DNA of 64,000 nt, taken from sequence record OM386667.1. One strand, written 5' to 3'. The translations under genes were made by a program, and so were the position numbers. The notes beneath the pieces are model-generated. The model ran no database searches and was not told where the DNA came from. It saw nothing but the letters and a program-made list of their open reading frames with translations. The DNA comes from Escherichia phage vB_EcoM_REC. This document shows positions 19,475 through 28,870 of this stretch, in pieces (positions within the stretch are counted from its first letter, which is position 1; each line of letters begins with the position of its first letter).

Positions 19475-20147
19475 GTGCCAGTGCCTCCTCATAGGAAATT
19501 CGGATTTTCCCATTTTTAATATCCTCTAAAGATGCTTTATATTCTTCCCAGTTAATCCCGATAGCAGCTTCTTTCTCTTCTTTTGTCAGATTAGCAAAAG
19601 GCATAGGGTTGTTTCCAAAAACATCGTCTGGGTGGATATAAGCCATGATACGAAGTGGACAAGGTGTTGCCTGAATACCATGATTCAAACCAGCAGCTTG
19701 CAAACGGTGTCCCCATTCAGCATCTTCAAAACCATAGCCGTGAGTGTAAGGACGGAAATAACCCATCTTCTCAACAACGGCACGAGAATACATTGCAAAT
19801 TGACACATTGCAAGTTCCCAGAGAATAACTTCTCCTTTGCTTCCAACAACTTTATCTTTGAAATACTCCGGCATACCAAAGAAATCCCATCCTCCAGAGA
19901 CAGCTTGATCTACAAAGTATGTTTCCCATCCCTCCATGACTGGGTAGCAATCGTCGTCAAAAATAAACCAATAATCATAACCTTCTTCATAAAACTGGTG
20001 CATAAGTTCATTCCTGGCATAAGCTACACCTTTACGATCTGGATCGTTGAATACTCGAAAATCTGCACGTGGATCTGTTACAAGGTAGTCTTTAAGTGGA
20101 CGGACACCTACAGTGATAACACCCACTCCAATTTTAATATTTTCCAT
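19464..20147 (-). CDS. putative glycosyltransferase, GT-A fold (family 2-like)
   Basis: 227 aa; N-terminal GVGVITVGVRP, KGVAYARNELM, and FIFDDDCYP (DxD-type metal/nucleotide-sugar motif). Confidence 0.45.
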   Translation of the reverse strand: MENIKIGVGVITVGVRPLKDYLVTDPRADFRVFNDPDRKGVAYARNELMHQFYEEGYDYWFIFDDDCYPVMEGWETYFVDQAVSGGWDFFGMPEYFKDKVVGSKGEVILWELAMCQFAMYSRAVVEKMGYFRPYTHGYGFEDAEWGHRLQAAGLNHGIQATPCPLRIMAYIHPDDVFGNNPMPFANLTKEEKEAAIGINWEEYKASLEDIKNGKIRISYEEALAHVK

Positions 20148-20155
20148 TTTCTCTC

Positions 20156-20719
20156 CTAAATAGTTTTACTGTGATCATGACAGTGTAATAAATGATGTAT
20201 AGACCGTTGAGGATTTGTTTGACCTAATCTGTAAATGTGAAACAGATACATTCCCCGCATCAATCCTAACCTCTTTCCTTTTTCATGTAAAGTGCGAGAG
20301 AAAATTAAGTCGAATTGGATAGATTTTTCTTCGAAAGGAATTTCATTCCACAATGATTTTCTAAAAAGCAAGAAGAAACCTGCCAGAGGTGTTCCGAAAG
20401 GAACTTCTTCAACACTCACTTTATGATATTCTCTTGCAATCTTAGCATATTCTATATGGTTTAGAATATCTGGATCATCGTTAATTTGGTTAGAGAAAAG
20501 CTGATAACCACTGCCTAACCTGTTACAAGTTGCACCTATTACATCAAAAGGCGGGTTTGACATAACAAGCTCTTCAAGCATAGATGGTTGATCAGGTAGG
20601 AGGAACATTGTATCGGTATCTCTTAAACACACCCAACTATCATCTGGAAGAACGGCAATGGCTTTATTGATAGCCTTGCCGATATTTCCTGTCAGATAGG
20701 GAGTAATATAATAAATCAT
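20156..20719 (-). CDS. putative nucleotide-sugar transferase-like protein (GT-A-like, weak)
   Basis: 187 aa; IYYITPY...LPDDSWVCLRDTDTMF with acidic DTD motif. Confidence 0.3.
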   Translation of the reverse strand: MIYYITPYLTGNIGKAINKAIAVLPDDSWVCLRDTDTMFLLPDQPSMLEELVMSNPPFDVIGATCNRLGSGYQLFSNQINDDPDILNHIEYAKIAREYHKVSVEEVPFGTPLAGFFLLFRKSLWNEIPFEEKSIQFDLIFSRTLHEKGKRLGLMRGMYLFHIYRLGQTNPQRSIHHLLHCHDHSKTI

Positions 20720-20735
20720 TCTCCCCTCCGTTATA

Positions 20736-20927
20736 TTAACTGTCAGCTACAATCCCACGTTTAATCATTTCTTGTTGAATCTGGATCACACGATCTCGTG
20801 CTTCCATATATTCTTTAAAAGATTCTTGGAGATGGTCACGAGCTACATCCCGTAGTTTAATCAGCTTGTCGTTTGTCACTTCTTGAAGAGAGATTTCGCC
20901 AGTTTCATTGGTCCCAAGCGTTTTCAT
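20736..20927 (-). CDS. hypothetical protein
   Basis: 63 aa ORF. Confidence 0.3.
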   Translation of the reverse strand: MKTLGTNETGEISLQEVTNDKLIKLRDVARDHLQESFKEYMEARDRVIQIQQEMIKRGIVADS

Positions 20928-21183
20928 TTACAACCTCCTTAATAGCTACTGCACAGTTCTTACAAATACATTGACCTTTGTTCTTAGAAATTTCAATGTA
21001 AGGTTCATTTTCGTTTTCTCCGCGTCGTGAGTCGTATATTACTGTATTGAAGCAGACAACGCAAATGTTTTTAATAACGACATATTTTTGCACTTTCTGT
21101 TTAGTGCGAAAATTGACTTCAATGACTTCTCCCATCAATGAATCTCCCCTAAAATGTTGTTTTGAGACATTACTGCGGAGCAT
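20905..21183 (-). CDS. small zinc-ribbon-like protein
   Basis: 92 aa; CVVCFN...CICKNC Cys pairs. Confidence 0.3.
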   Translation of the reverse strand: MLRSNVSKQHFRGDSLMGEVIEVNFRTKQKVQKYVVIKNICVVCFNTVIYDSRRGENENEPYIEISKNKGQCICKNCAVAIKEVVNENAWDQ

Positions 21184-21419
21184 TCTACAGCATCATGAGT
21201 CCTTGCAAAACGCTCCCACAACACAGCATCTACTTTAAGAACCATACAAGGATAAATACTGTCGTTGATCATATCAATGCTATATTTATCTACATCCTTT
21301 TCATCTTCCATAAACAAAGTAGCGTATGCTTCCAAATGCTTACGGGTGTAGTATACGTCCTCTTCGGTAAGACCGACAACCAGGTAACTTGCTACAACAA
21401 CAGTATTATCTTCTTGCAT
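21135..21419 (-). CDS. hypothetical protein
   Basis: start moved to the internal ATG at 21419 (RBS AAGGGGAG) abutting the downstream gene. Confidence 0.3.
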   Translation of the reverse strand: MQEDNTVVVASYLVVGLTEEDVYYTRKHLEAYATLFMEDEKDVDKYSIDMINDSIYPCMVLKVDAVLWERFARTHDAVECSAVMSQNNILGEIH

Positions 21420-21420
21420 T

Positions 21421-21942
21421 TTAACTCCCCTTTGGTAGATAGAAACCATGCACTTTATCTCGATAAACAAGACGCATATCACGTTCCCAGTGTGTCCTTA
21501 TATTCCGTTTCTTGAAGTATAGAGCACCTTTAGTAACATCTAAAACAGACCGCAATTCAGGAAAATGTTTCTCTAAATAAAGTAAACGCTCCGCTATTGC
21601 TTTTGCTTCCTGCCACTTATCTTTCTCTGTTACGTTAAAAGTTTTCGCATATGAGAATTGTCCTTTCTGGAACAAGACTCCTCTGACTGTGTTAGGGAAG
21701 TAGGTATCATTTCTTCTGTTGATTACCACATTCCCAACGGCATTCATTCCTTTTTTACCCAGACCGCGACCTTCTGCGTAAATTGCACAAGCTAATAGAA
21801 TTTTATCATTATATTGCTTTGTACATTTGTGAACTACTTTAGCGGTTTTTACGTTTGCAGCTTCGGCTTTCGCCACAACAGGTGTAAATGTAAAAGCAGT
21901 TAAGGATAGTAACGCAACTGTTACAAAGTTTTTTATCAGCAA
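21421..21942 (-). CDS. secreted cell-wall hydrolase, SleB-like
   Basis: 173 aa; N-terminal signal peptide (LLSLTAFTFTPVVAKA); core LLACAIYAEGRGLGKKGMNAVGNVVINRRNDTYFPNTVRGVLFQKGQFS resembles the SleB-type hydrolase signature. Confidence 0.55.
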   Translation of the reverse strand: MLIKNFVTVALLSLTAFTFTPVVAKAEAANVKTAKVVHKCTKQYNDKILLACAIYAEGRGLGKKGMNAVGNVVINRRNDTYFPNTVRGVLFQKGQFSYAKTFNVTEKDKWQEAKAIAERLLYLEKHFPELRSVLDVTKGALYFKKRNIRTHWERDMRLVYRDKVHGFYLPKGS

Positions 21943-22041
21943 ATTTTGCCTCCTTTTTAAGTTAACGAATTTCTAGTATAACACGATAGAGGCTTTATTG
22001 CAAGAGGGGGATTTCTCCCCCTCAAAATCATTTGTTAATTA

Positions 22042-22644
22042 TTATGGACATTCATACCATTCTTTTTTACCACCGAAGGCCATCACCACATCACAAATAT
22101 CCAGACCAGCTTTACCTACACCATATGCTTTCAGCTTCCATTCCCCATCTTCACGAACCAAGGAAGCCACGTGGCAGATTGTGTTGCCAGCTACTTCAGG
22201 AGCCAGGAAGTCAAAATCCAGAATTTCCACATTGCGCTCGGAGTCGAAGATTTTAAGCATACCTTCAGAAGCATGACCAAAACGTTTCAGACCTGTATCA
22301 TCATCAATGGTCAGAACAAAGGCAATCTCTTGTGCATCAGGAGAGATTTTAGCCAAAGTAATATCAATCTGCTCCATGCTGCCAGTTCCATCACGAACAT
22401 CGTCACCAGCGAAGGTAGAACGTTCAGGATCAAACTTGTTAGCATAGCAAACCAGATGACGTGCAGACAGCATTTCAGGATTACCAGCGGCATTGTGACG
22501 ACAAACCAGTGCACTTACATCCAGATCCAGTTTAGAATCAGATTTCCAAGAGAATTCCAGGCGCAGTTCTTTCAGAGCCGGAGCAACTTTCTTCAGGGAA
22601 ATTTTTTCGCTAGAGCCTTTTTTCAGGGAAATTTTATCAGTCAT
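22042..22644 (-). CDS. terD: TerD-family protein (tellurite-resistance TerD domain)
   Basis: 200 aa; N-terminal doubled ISLKKG/ISLKKV strand, DLDVSAL, GDDVRDGTGSMEQI, IAFVLTIDD, GEWKLKAYGVGKAG follow the bacterial TerD pattern closely. Confidence 0.85.
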   Translation of the reverse strand: MTDKISLKKGSSEKISLKKVAPALKELRLEFSWKSDSKLDLDVSALVCRHNAAGNPEMLSARHLVCYANKFDPERSTFAGDDVRDGTGSMEQIDITLAKISPDAQEIAFVLTIDDDTGLKRFGHASEGMLKIFDSERNVEILDFDFLAPEVAGNTICHVASLVREDGEWKLKAYGVGKAGLDICDVVMAFGGKKEWYECP

Positions 22645-22659
22645 CTTTTGTCTCCTCTA

Positions 22660-22929
22660 TTATTTAAGTGTAATACCAGTTACAGTCAATTCTACTTCCA
22701 AAAGCTTAGATGTGTTTTGGATTGATACTAATTGTGCATGATGGTTTAGTTCTACAGCAGAATAATCATTTTCCCCATCATCTACTTTTAAATAAACAAT
22801 GATTTCACTAAGGTCTAAACCATTTTCGTCAAATGCATTTTCATAGACGAAAGTATCTCCTACATCCAAATCTTTAATGGTAAGGCATCGTTTATTTACT
22901 TTTTGCTCATCAATTTCGAAGTTTAACAC
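22660..22929 (-). CDS. small protein, paralog of 23951-24229
   Basis: 89 aa; shares DLDVG.TF.Y..A..E.GLD ... E.TVT.ITLK with the ORF upstream of the vWA gene. Confidence 0.4.
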   Translation of the reverse strand: MLNFEIDEQKVNKRCLTIKDLDVGDTFVYENAFDENGLDLSEIIVYLKVDDGENDYSAVELNHHAQLVSIQNTSKLLEVELTVTGITLK

Positions 22930-23158
22930 TTCTTCCTCCTAATGTTATCTCCGGTTTGTATATACGAAGAATTATAGCATTTTCATTTTCTTTGTCAACC
23001 CATTCTTCATAATCGGGCCATACATGAATCTCCACTCTACTTACAATATCTTCCATTCGCACAGTCCCAATGAAATACTCTTTGAGACTGCGCATAATGA
23101 AAGCTTCTCTCTCGCGCCAATAATTTTCTATGACTTGAGAGGCAAGCTCGTCGATCAT
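22910..23158 (-). CDS. hypothetical protein
   Basis: 82 aa ORF. Confidence 0.35.
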   Translation of the reverse strand: MIDELASQVIENYWREREAFIMRSLKEYFIGTVRMEDIVSRVEIHVWPDYEEWVDKENENAIILRIYKPEITLGGRSVKLRN

Positions 23159-23949
23159 TTTTTAGCACCTACTTTAACAACCCACTCTCCGAACTCTTCA
23201 GATAAGAGTTTGTCATAAAGCTCTGAATCTGTCAAGTCTAAATCTTTAATGCCAATAAAACCAACATTATCATAAGCATTTGCCAGTTCTTTCAGGAACC
23301 CAAACTTCTCATTACCAACGCCAACCATGAACCAATAAATAGGTTTATTCTTATTCTCTTCAATAAGACGACGAACAGCACTAGGATCACCATTCTCACC
23401 ATCCGTCTGGAAGAATACAACACCAGGGGTAACGTCAGCACCTGGTTCAGATACAGCTACAACTTTTTCACGCTCTACAGACACTGTTTCAGTTTTACCA
23501 AGCAGACGATTAAAGAAGCCTTTCTTTGGAGCCTCCTCTTGTACCACTTGTTTAGTGGTAATATATTTGGTAACAGTGCCAAAATACTCACCGTAGATAT
23601 CTGCCATTACAGGGGCGTAATTTGTTCCACCTCCGATACGAACATTACGCATACATTTACCAACATAGTCATCGTAAACGTCTGCTGTTGCTGGAGTAAG
23701 CTCTTGGGAACTCGTATTGAAGGCCCACATATCAATTTGTTGATTATCGTCGAACAGCATACCAAAAGGAAGCAGTTTACCTACAAAATCACTCACTACC
23801 CCACTAGAATATAGACCATGCATACTACCAGAAATATCTAGAGCACATGCTACACGAAGAACAATCTTACCTTCATTCAGGTTCTTATTCTTTTTCAGAG
23901 AGAAAGCAAGGTTTTCTTGACGTTTTTTCAGGCTGATTTTCTCGGACAT
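23155..23949 (-). CDS. von Willebrand factor A (vWA) domain protein with TerD-like N-terminal strand
   Basis: 264 aa; MIDAS motif DISGSM, later FFQTDGENGD; N-terminus MSEKISLKK...AFSLKK echoes the TerD N-terminal motif. Confidence 0.65.
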   Translation of the reverse strand: MSEKISLKKRQENLAFSLKKNKNLNEGKIVLRVACALDISGSMHGLYSSGVVSDFVGKLLPFGMLFDDNQQIDMWAFNTSSQELTPATADVYDDYVGKCMRNVRIGGGTNYAPVMADIYGEYFGTVTKYITTKQVVQEEAPKKGFFNRLLGKTETVSVEREKVVAVSEPGADVTPGVVFFQTDGENGDPSAVRRLIEENKNKPIYWFMVGVGNEKFGFLKELANAYDNVGFIGIKDLDLTDSELYDKLLSEEFGEWVVKVGAKK

Positions 23950-23950
23950 A

Positions 23951-24229
23951 TTATTTCTCCTTCTTAAGTGTAATATTGGTAACTTCTAAATCTACTTCCA
24001 CCATATTTGTATCTGGTGGGATGCAATGAGTATAGCCTCGTTGTGCTAGTGATCCATTAATACAAATCGCACTGTTTGTGGAATTTTTAATGAACACCAA
24101 GTTACGGTAGGTATCCAACCCTGCGTCTTCATAGGCATCATAATACATGAATGTTGCCCCTACGTCAAGATCTTCGAAAGCAATAGGTAAATCTTGACTT
24201 TTTTCTTCTTGAATATTGAATCTAAACAC
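23951..24229 (-). CDS. small protein, paralog of 22660-22929
   Basis: start placed at the GTG (24229) preceded by AGGAGG at 6-nt spacing, which removes a 74-bp overlap of the longest ORF. Confidence 0.4.
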   Translation of the reverse strand: MFRFNIQEEKSQDLPIAFEDLDVGATFMYYDAYEDAGLDTYRNLVFIKNSTNSAICINGSLAQRGYTHCIPPDTNMVEVDLEVTNITLKKEK

Positions 24230-24785
24230 GCATACCTCCTCTACCAATTTTGAAGCCCAAATCGTAAGCTTCCTTAGTGATCTTTTGTAACTCACTTATA
24301 GGAAGTGTTACAAGAGGATCATCTTCTTCAATTTCCATCTTGTCATCTTCTGTTTCAATGAGAGTATTATGCACTTTGTGATAAGGGTTGTCAACACGTT
24401 TAAACTTATTCTTTTCTGTGCTGAAAAAACAATCTGGATCTTCTTCACCATCACCCCAACCTTGGTTAGGATCTCCGTCAGATTGTTCTGTAGGGATTTC
24501 ACCTGTAAAGTACTCTTCCAGCACCATAGCGATACCGTCCCTTGGATTTGAGGAATGCATCAAATCACAAACCTTACTCCAATCCATAGCCCATTCAAAT
24601 CGTTCACGAACACCATTTTCATCCTCCTTTCCAGAGAAAACACAACCATAACTATCATAGTTCCCATACATCTCTTCAATAACAACACCGTCCTTCAAAA
24701 GAAAGAGGTAGCAAGGTGATCCGTCGAAAGAAGTAGAAAGGGCAGCTTTGCCCGATTCTTTGCACAAAAAGCTAAAACAACCCAT
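24222..24785 (-). CDS. hypothetical acidic protein
   Basis: 187 aa ORF. Confidence 0.4.
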   Translation of the reverse strand: MGCFSFLCKESGKAALSTSFDGSPCYLFLLKDGVVIEEMYGNYDSYGCVFSGKEDENGVRERFEWAMDWSKVCDLMHSSNPRDGIAMVLEEYFTGEIPTEQSDGDPNQGWGDGEEDPDCFFSTEKNKFKRVDNPYHKVHNTLIETEDDKMEIEEDDPLVTLPISELQKITKEAYDLGFKIGRGGMRV

Positions 24786-25183
24786 TACAAACCCTCCTTC
24801 AGATTATCAAGAGCTACAGTGGTTTCACAAAATTCTCCATAAGCTTTATGATGTTCCAGAAAAGCTTCGGGTCCACCCCAGTCATTATCTTGTGTATTCC
24901 AGCCATCAATAAAAGCATCTTCAATGATTGTGATCAGTTCCTGTCGAGTCAGCGTAATGGTATCAGGTTTCTGCGTAGTTTCCACACGGAACCCTGGTTC
25001 TTCATAAAAACCTTTAGTTACAATGGACTCTAACTCTTCTGCATCACAGAGGAAGTAGCCACAAAGATAACACCAACCGTCACCATCTTTCATTACTTCA
25101 TAAACTTCACCACTTGCTAACTTAGTGAAAAGAGTAGGGTCTGTTACTGTAAGTTTTAAAAGAATACCTGTTGGATTATACAT
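24785..25183 (-). CDS. hypothetical protein
   Basis: 132 aa ORF. Confidence 0.4.
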   Translation of the reverse strand: MYNPTGILLKLTVTDPTLFTKLASGEVYEVMKDGDGWCYLCGYFLCDAEELESIVTKGFYEEPGFRVETTQKPDTITLTRQELITIIEDAFIDGWNTQDNDWGGPEAFLEHHKAYGEFCETTVALDNLKEGL

Positions 25184-25349
25184 CTTCTTCCTCCTCTAAA
25201 ATATGGAACCCGTAATTACAATAATCCTGAAAGGTTTCGTGTGCAAGATCTTCTATATCCTCTTGAGACATATCATCTTCAATTTCGATATCCACAACCT
25301 CATTGCATCCACACCAAGCAGTTTCAATATTCACTCGTAATATTTTCAT
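25176..25349 (-). CDS. small acidic Cys-containing protein (57 aa), not in ORF track
   Basis: ATG overlaps upstream stop (TAATG); fills an otherwise empty 165-bp gap. Confidence 0.25.
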   Translation of the reverse strand: MKILRVNIETAWCGCNEVVDIEIEDDMSQEDIEDLAHETFQDYCNYGFHILEEEEDV

Positions 25350-25549
25350 TACTCCTCCTCCTCCTCATTGAAGTCAATATCTGCAAGGAGTTCGAATTTA
25401 CGGAAGTTACGACAACCTTCATAAATATAACAATCACGACAAACTGCTAGAACACTTGGGGGATATATGCCTCCCATCGGTGCGAATCGTTTTTCGTCAT
25501 CATAACGGACACCAATGTCTTCATCAATTATATAGATACGGATTCTCAT
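25349..25549 (-). CDS. hypothetical small protein with acidic tail
   Basis: 66 aa ORF ending EEEEE. Confidence 0.3.
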   Translation of the reverse strand: MRIRIYIIDEDIGVRYDDEKRFAPMGGIYPPSVLAVCRDCYIYEGCRNFRKFELLADIDFNEEEEE

Positions 25550-26658
25550 TTACCAAGCCCTCGTTTCACAGCAGCTACCATCCCGTCTTCCAGAGATTGA
25601 ACTTCATTAATATAATCAACACGAGCAGCACGGGCTTCCGTATTGATGCGGTTAGTTTCTTCCAACATCTTAACCAAGTTTTCCTGATCGTGACGCAGAG
25701 TTTCAATATCCAACACTTGACGGTTAGCCAGTGCTGCTGCTTCGATCTGATTCTGTGTGGCAAGATCGCTACCCAGTTTAATTGCCAGGTTAAATTCATC
25801 AAGAACGTTATTCTGCGTCTCTGCTGCTTTCATTTGACGTAAGCTCTCGATATACATTGAGAAGTTAGCAGAGTAAGCAGGAATAACATTATTTACTATG
25901 TTACGCGCAGATCGCATTAAGCTTGCAGAAACTTTTTGCATACCTTGTACACGCGGTCCCATTTGGACACACAGTAGGCGCAATGCTTTTAAATCTGCAA
26001 TACGAATCTCCAGAAGATCCAAAGTATCTCGGATCACTTGTCGCTGTTCTACTGCATCTTCTGGAAGAGCAGCCAAAGCTTGTTCTTCTTTTTCATAGGT
26101 TGCTGTTAGAAGCTGCATATCTCGGTTCAAACTTGCAGCATATTGTCCAATAGCTTGATGTAGCTTTTCAAGATATACCAAGGAATCTTCTTCTTTGCGA
26201 ATATCCATTTGAAGGTTCTTTACCAACTCTTCAATACGGTTATTAACATTATCAAACTCCCCGAACAGGTCTTCTTTCATACCCATAACTTTTTTAATGA
26301 GTTTAGTAATACCCTTACTTTGTTTAATAGAGTTTGGATCAAGTTGTTTTGCCTGTTTAATCAAAGCTGTGAGTCGTTCACTCATCTGATCGCCTTGATT
26401 ACTACGTTGATGTTTTAACACCTCGGCATTCAAGGAACGCAAGGTTGTTCCTGCCTCTGCCCCAATCTCTTCAATCTCTTGTCGGGTCATAGAAGGCAAA
26501 ACTGGAACTTCTTGCGGTGCCGCTGGTGCATAAACAGGACTGGCATCTAACACGCTTGGAGCGAATACAGATTTACTTGCATCTGTTGTTGCAGCAAATA
26601 CGCTCATTTCAGGCTTCTTCTGACCACCAGTAGCTGCTTTTAAAAATGGACTTGTCAT
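25546..26658 (-). CDS. TelA/KlaA-like coiled-coil protein (toxic-anion-resistance family), tentative
   Basis: 370 aa, predominantly helical/coiled-coil; size and composition fit TelA; the call rests largely on the Ter-gene neighbourhood. Confidence 0.35.
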   Translation of the reverse strand: MTSPFLKAATGGQKKPEMSVFAATTDASKSVFAPSVLDASPVYAPAAPQEVPVLPSMTRQEIEEIGAEAGTTLRSLNAEVLKHQRSNQGDQMSERLTALIKQAKQLDPNSIKQSKGITKLIKKVMGMKEDLFGEFDNVNNRIEELVKNLQMDIRKEEDSLVYLEKLHQAIGQYAASLNRDMQLLTATYEKEEQALAALPEDAVEQRQVIRDTLDLLEIRIADLKALRLLCVQMGPRVQGMQKVSASLMRSARNIVNNVIPAYSANFSMYIESLRQMKAAETQNNVLDEFNLAIKLGSDLATQNQIEAAALANRQVLDIETLRHDQENLVKMLEETNRINTEARAARVDYINEVQSLEDGMVAAVKRGLGK

Positions 26659-27245
26659 TCTTCATTCTCCTCTTCTGCATCTCTTATATATGGTGAAACA
26701 CCGTACTCTTTAGCTACTTTAACCCAATCGTCCCATTTATACAACCATAATTTTCCTTCGGTCCCTTCTTTATCTGATTTCAACCACATATTAGGTTGCT
26801 TACCTGGGTACATGCGATTAGGTTTACGATTATAACCTCTAACACATCTTGTCGCAAACCTATCTACCAGAACAAGAACATATTTATATTCGTGGTTCAA
26901 CGGCTCTTTGGAAGTGGCTTTAGGATTAGCCCCTAATTCTGCTGCCAGTTTTTGCCAATGAGCACCGTGCCTACTAAACTTACCCATACAACCATCAATA
27001 GCATGAGCAATTTCGTGCTTCATTGTATCCACGATCATATCTCTTGTGGAGTTCTTATGCAAGTGCCAATTTACAACAACAATTTTATCTCGGTAGTTGC
27101 ACCAACCGAAAGAGTTATTCACTTTGTTTCTAACACAAGCTTTATATCCTGCTTCACGTAACATGTTGTAGTAAACAGGAAAATCTTCTTTTATTTCCTG
27201 CATCACTTCCCACCACAAGAGTTGCAAGTCTCTCTCGGTATGCAT
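26655..27245 (-). CDS. SprT-like zinc metalloprotease domain protein
   Basis: 196 aa; HEIAHAIDGCMGKFSRHGAHW contains HExxH followed by GHxxxW as in SprT-like domains. Confidence 0.5.
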   Translation of the reverse strand: MHTERDLQLLWWEVMQEIKEDFPVYYNMLREAGYKACVRNKVNNSFGWCNYRDKIVVVNWHLHKNSTRDMIVDTMKHEIAHAIDGCMGKFSRHGAHWQKLAAELGANPKATSKEPLNHEYKYVLVLVDRFATRCVRGYNRKPNRMYPGKQPNMWLKSDKEGTEGKLWLYKWDDWVKVAKEYGVSPYIRDAEEENEE

Positions 27246-27248
27246 AAC

Positions 27249-27842
27249 TTACACCTTAAAAGCGAAATGCGTGGTCGTGGCTTCAAAATCAGGGCCAGAT
27301 AAACTTGCACTGAAATCTGAAATATTTGTAATTAAAAAGCTTTTATGCATACCTAACACAGCCACGCTTTCAATATCTTCTACTAACATTTCAATCATGT
27401 TAGAAACATGGCTGAACGTATAGTTTTGTTTTTTGATGGTGTAGAAAGAAAGACTCCCACCTGCTGTATAAGATACCTCTTCAAAATCTTTAATCGTATA
27501 TTGTGTGCCATCAGTAAAGAAAATGGTAGCTTTATTAGTAGCACGTTTCTTGTTTTTTGGTCCTTTTTTACGTTTACTGCGAGTAGGCAAACCGTTTGGG
27601 AACACCATAGCTACAAATTCTTCAGGAGAAACCTCCTTACCGAAATCATAACCGTAAGAAACAGCGTCTATAAACTCGTCGTCTTCATTTTTAAAATAAT
27701 GAAAATAGGGCCAATTTGAGAGATTATCGAGCATCTTATGCTCATCCACAGCAGAGAACGTATCCCTCAAAGCACGTGTGATTTGCAAAGCATTAGGCAA
27801 ACTTTTAACACCTGTAATGGAAGTACGAATAGAAATTGTCAT
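27249..27842 (-). CDS. hypothetical protein
   Basis: 197 aa ORF. Confidence 0.4.
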   Translation of the reverse strand: MTISIRTSITGVKSLPNALQITRALRDTFSAVDEHKMLDNLSNWPYFHYFKNEDDEFIDAVSYGYDFGKEVSPEEFVAMVFPNGLPTRSKRKKGPKNKKRATNKATIFFTDGTQYTIKDFEEVSYTAGGSLSFYTIKKQNYTFSHVSNMIEMLVEDIESVAVLGMHKSFLITNISDFSASLSGPDFEATTTHFAFKV

Positions 27843-27856
27843 TGTTTTTCTCCTTA

Positions 27857-28294
27857 TTAACGTCGCTTGCTACGAGATGAACTCTTTTTACTTAAAGGGC
27901 TATTGTAAGATTTACGAGTTGTATAGCTACTATTTGTTTTAAAAGTTTGTCTCGGCTTTTCATAAGTTTTTATCTCTTGTTTAGGCTTACCATAAAAATT
28001 AGTTTTCGGTTTAGGTGTATTATAATGCTTATTAATAATCGTTCTGTTATCGTTATAATCCCCACTGCTACGATTACTACCGCCACTCATCATATGCCCT
28101 AACAACATACCTGTAGCAAACTCACCAACACCGCTACTACTAGAACCGCCACCATTGTTGATAATAGTTGTATCTCCGTCAGATCCTTGTTGAGCGTATT
28201 GTTGAGGAGGTTGTTGGTATTGTGCAGGATTTGTTTCATCCTCGCAAGCTGTTAAAAAGATACAACCAATTAAAATCAGGGCTAGTTTTTTCAT
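27857..28294 (-). CDS. lipoprotein, Gly/Ser-rich with basic C-terminus
   Basis: start placed at MKKLALILIGCIFLTAC (lipobox LTAC) preceded by GAGGAAA RBS; C-terminus SKKSSSRSKRR. Confidence 0.5.
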   Translation of the reverse strand: MKKLALILIGCIFLTACEDETNPAQYQQPPQQYAQQGSDGDTTIINNGGGSSSSGVGEFATGMLLGHMMSGGSNRSSGDYNDNRTIINKHYNTPKPKTNFYGKPKQEIKTYEKPRQTFKTNSSYTTRKSYNSPLSKKSSSRSKRR

Positions 28295-28481
28295 ATTTGC
28301 TTTCCTCGTTTTGGCTATTAATACATCTGTGTTTGAAATCTCCAGAGAAGCAATAAAGTTGCTCTCCATCTCGGTATAAACTCACTTTACTGCCGTTGAT
28401 TACGCTTGTCAATACAAAAATTACAACAAACAACCCTATTGCAAAACAGATATTTTCAAACACAACCAACAAGTATTTCAT
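28236..28481 (-). CDS. small membrane protein (uncertain)
   Basis: 81 aa with hydrophobic N-terminus; overlaps the lipoprotein start region, so one of the two calls may be wrong. Confidence 0.25.
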   Translation of the reverse strand: MKYLLVVFENICFAIGLFVVIFVLTSVINGSKVSLYRDGEQLYCFSGDFKHRCINSQNEESKYEKTSPDFNWLYLFNSLRG

Positions 28482-28828
28482 TTTAAAAACACCTCATCAT
28501 CAGTCTCATTATCCCAGAAGAACAAATCCCAACCATTTGGATCATTCCATTTGGCTGCTGGAGAAGTCCATATTTGCTCAATATCAATATTCAAAACTTC
28601 ACCGTTTCGTTTTGAAACAGCTTTAGTTAATTCCCAACGAGATACAGGCTCTACTTCTCCTGAACCACTTCCACAACAAGCTACAACATTAGGAGGCAAA
28701 TTAATTGGATCTTTGGTCACAATCATAACGCTTACCCCAGGGTAAACTTTTGAAAGATAATCTGAAATGTAATCCACATCACCAGATAAATCCCAAACAA
28801 GTTCTTGAATTTCATCAAAATTACTCAT
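28478..28828 (-). CDS. hypothetical protein
   Basis: 116 aa ORF with AGGAGAG RBS. Confidence 0.4.
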   Translation of the reverse strand: MSNFDEIQELVWDLSGDVDYISDYLSKVYPGVSVMIVTKDPINLPPNVVACCGSGSGEVEPVSRWELTKAVSKRNGEVLNIDIEQIWTSPAAKWNDPNGWDLFFWDNETDDEVFLK

Positions 28829-28870
28829 AAGTCTCTCCTATAAAATAGCCTCCCGAAGGAGGCTCATTTA

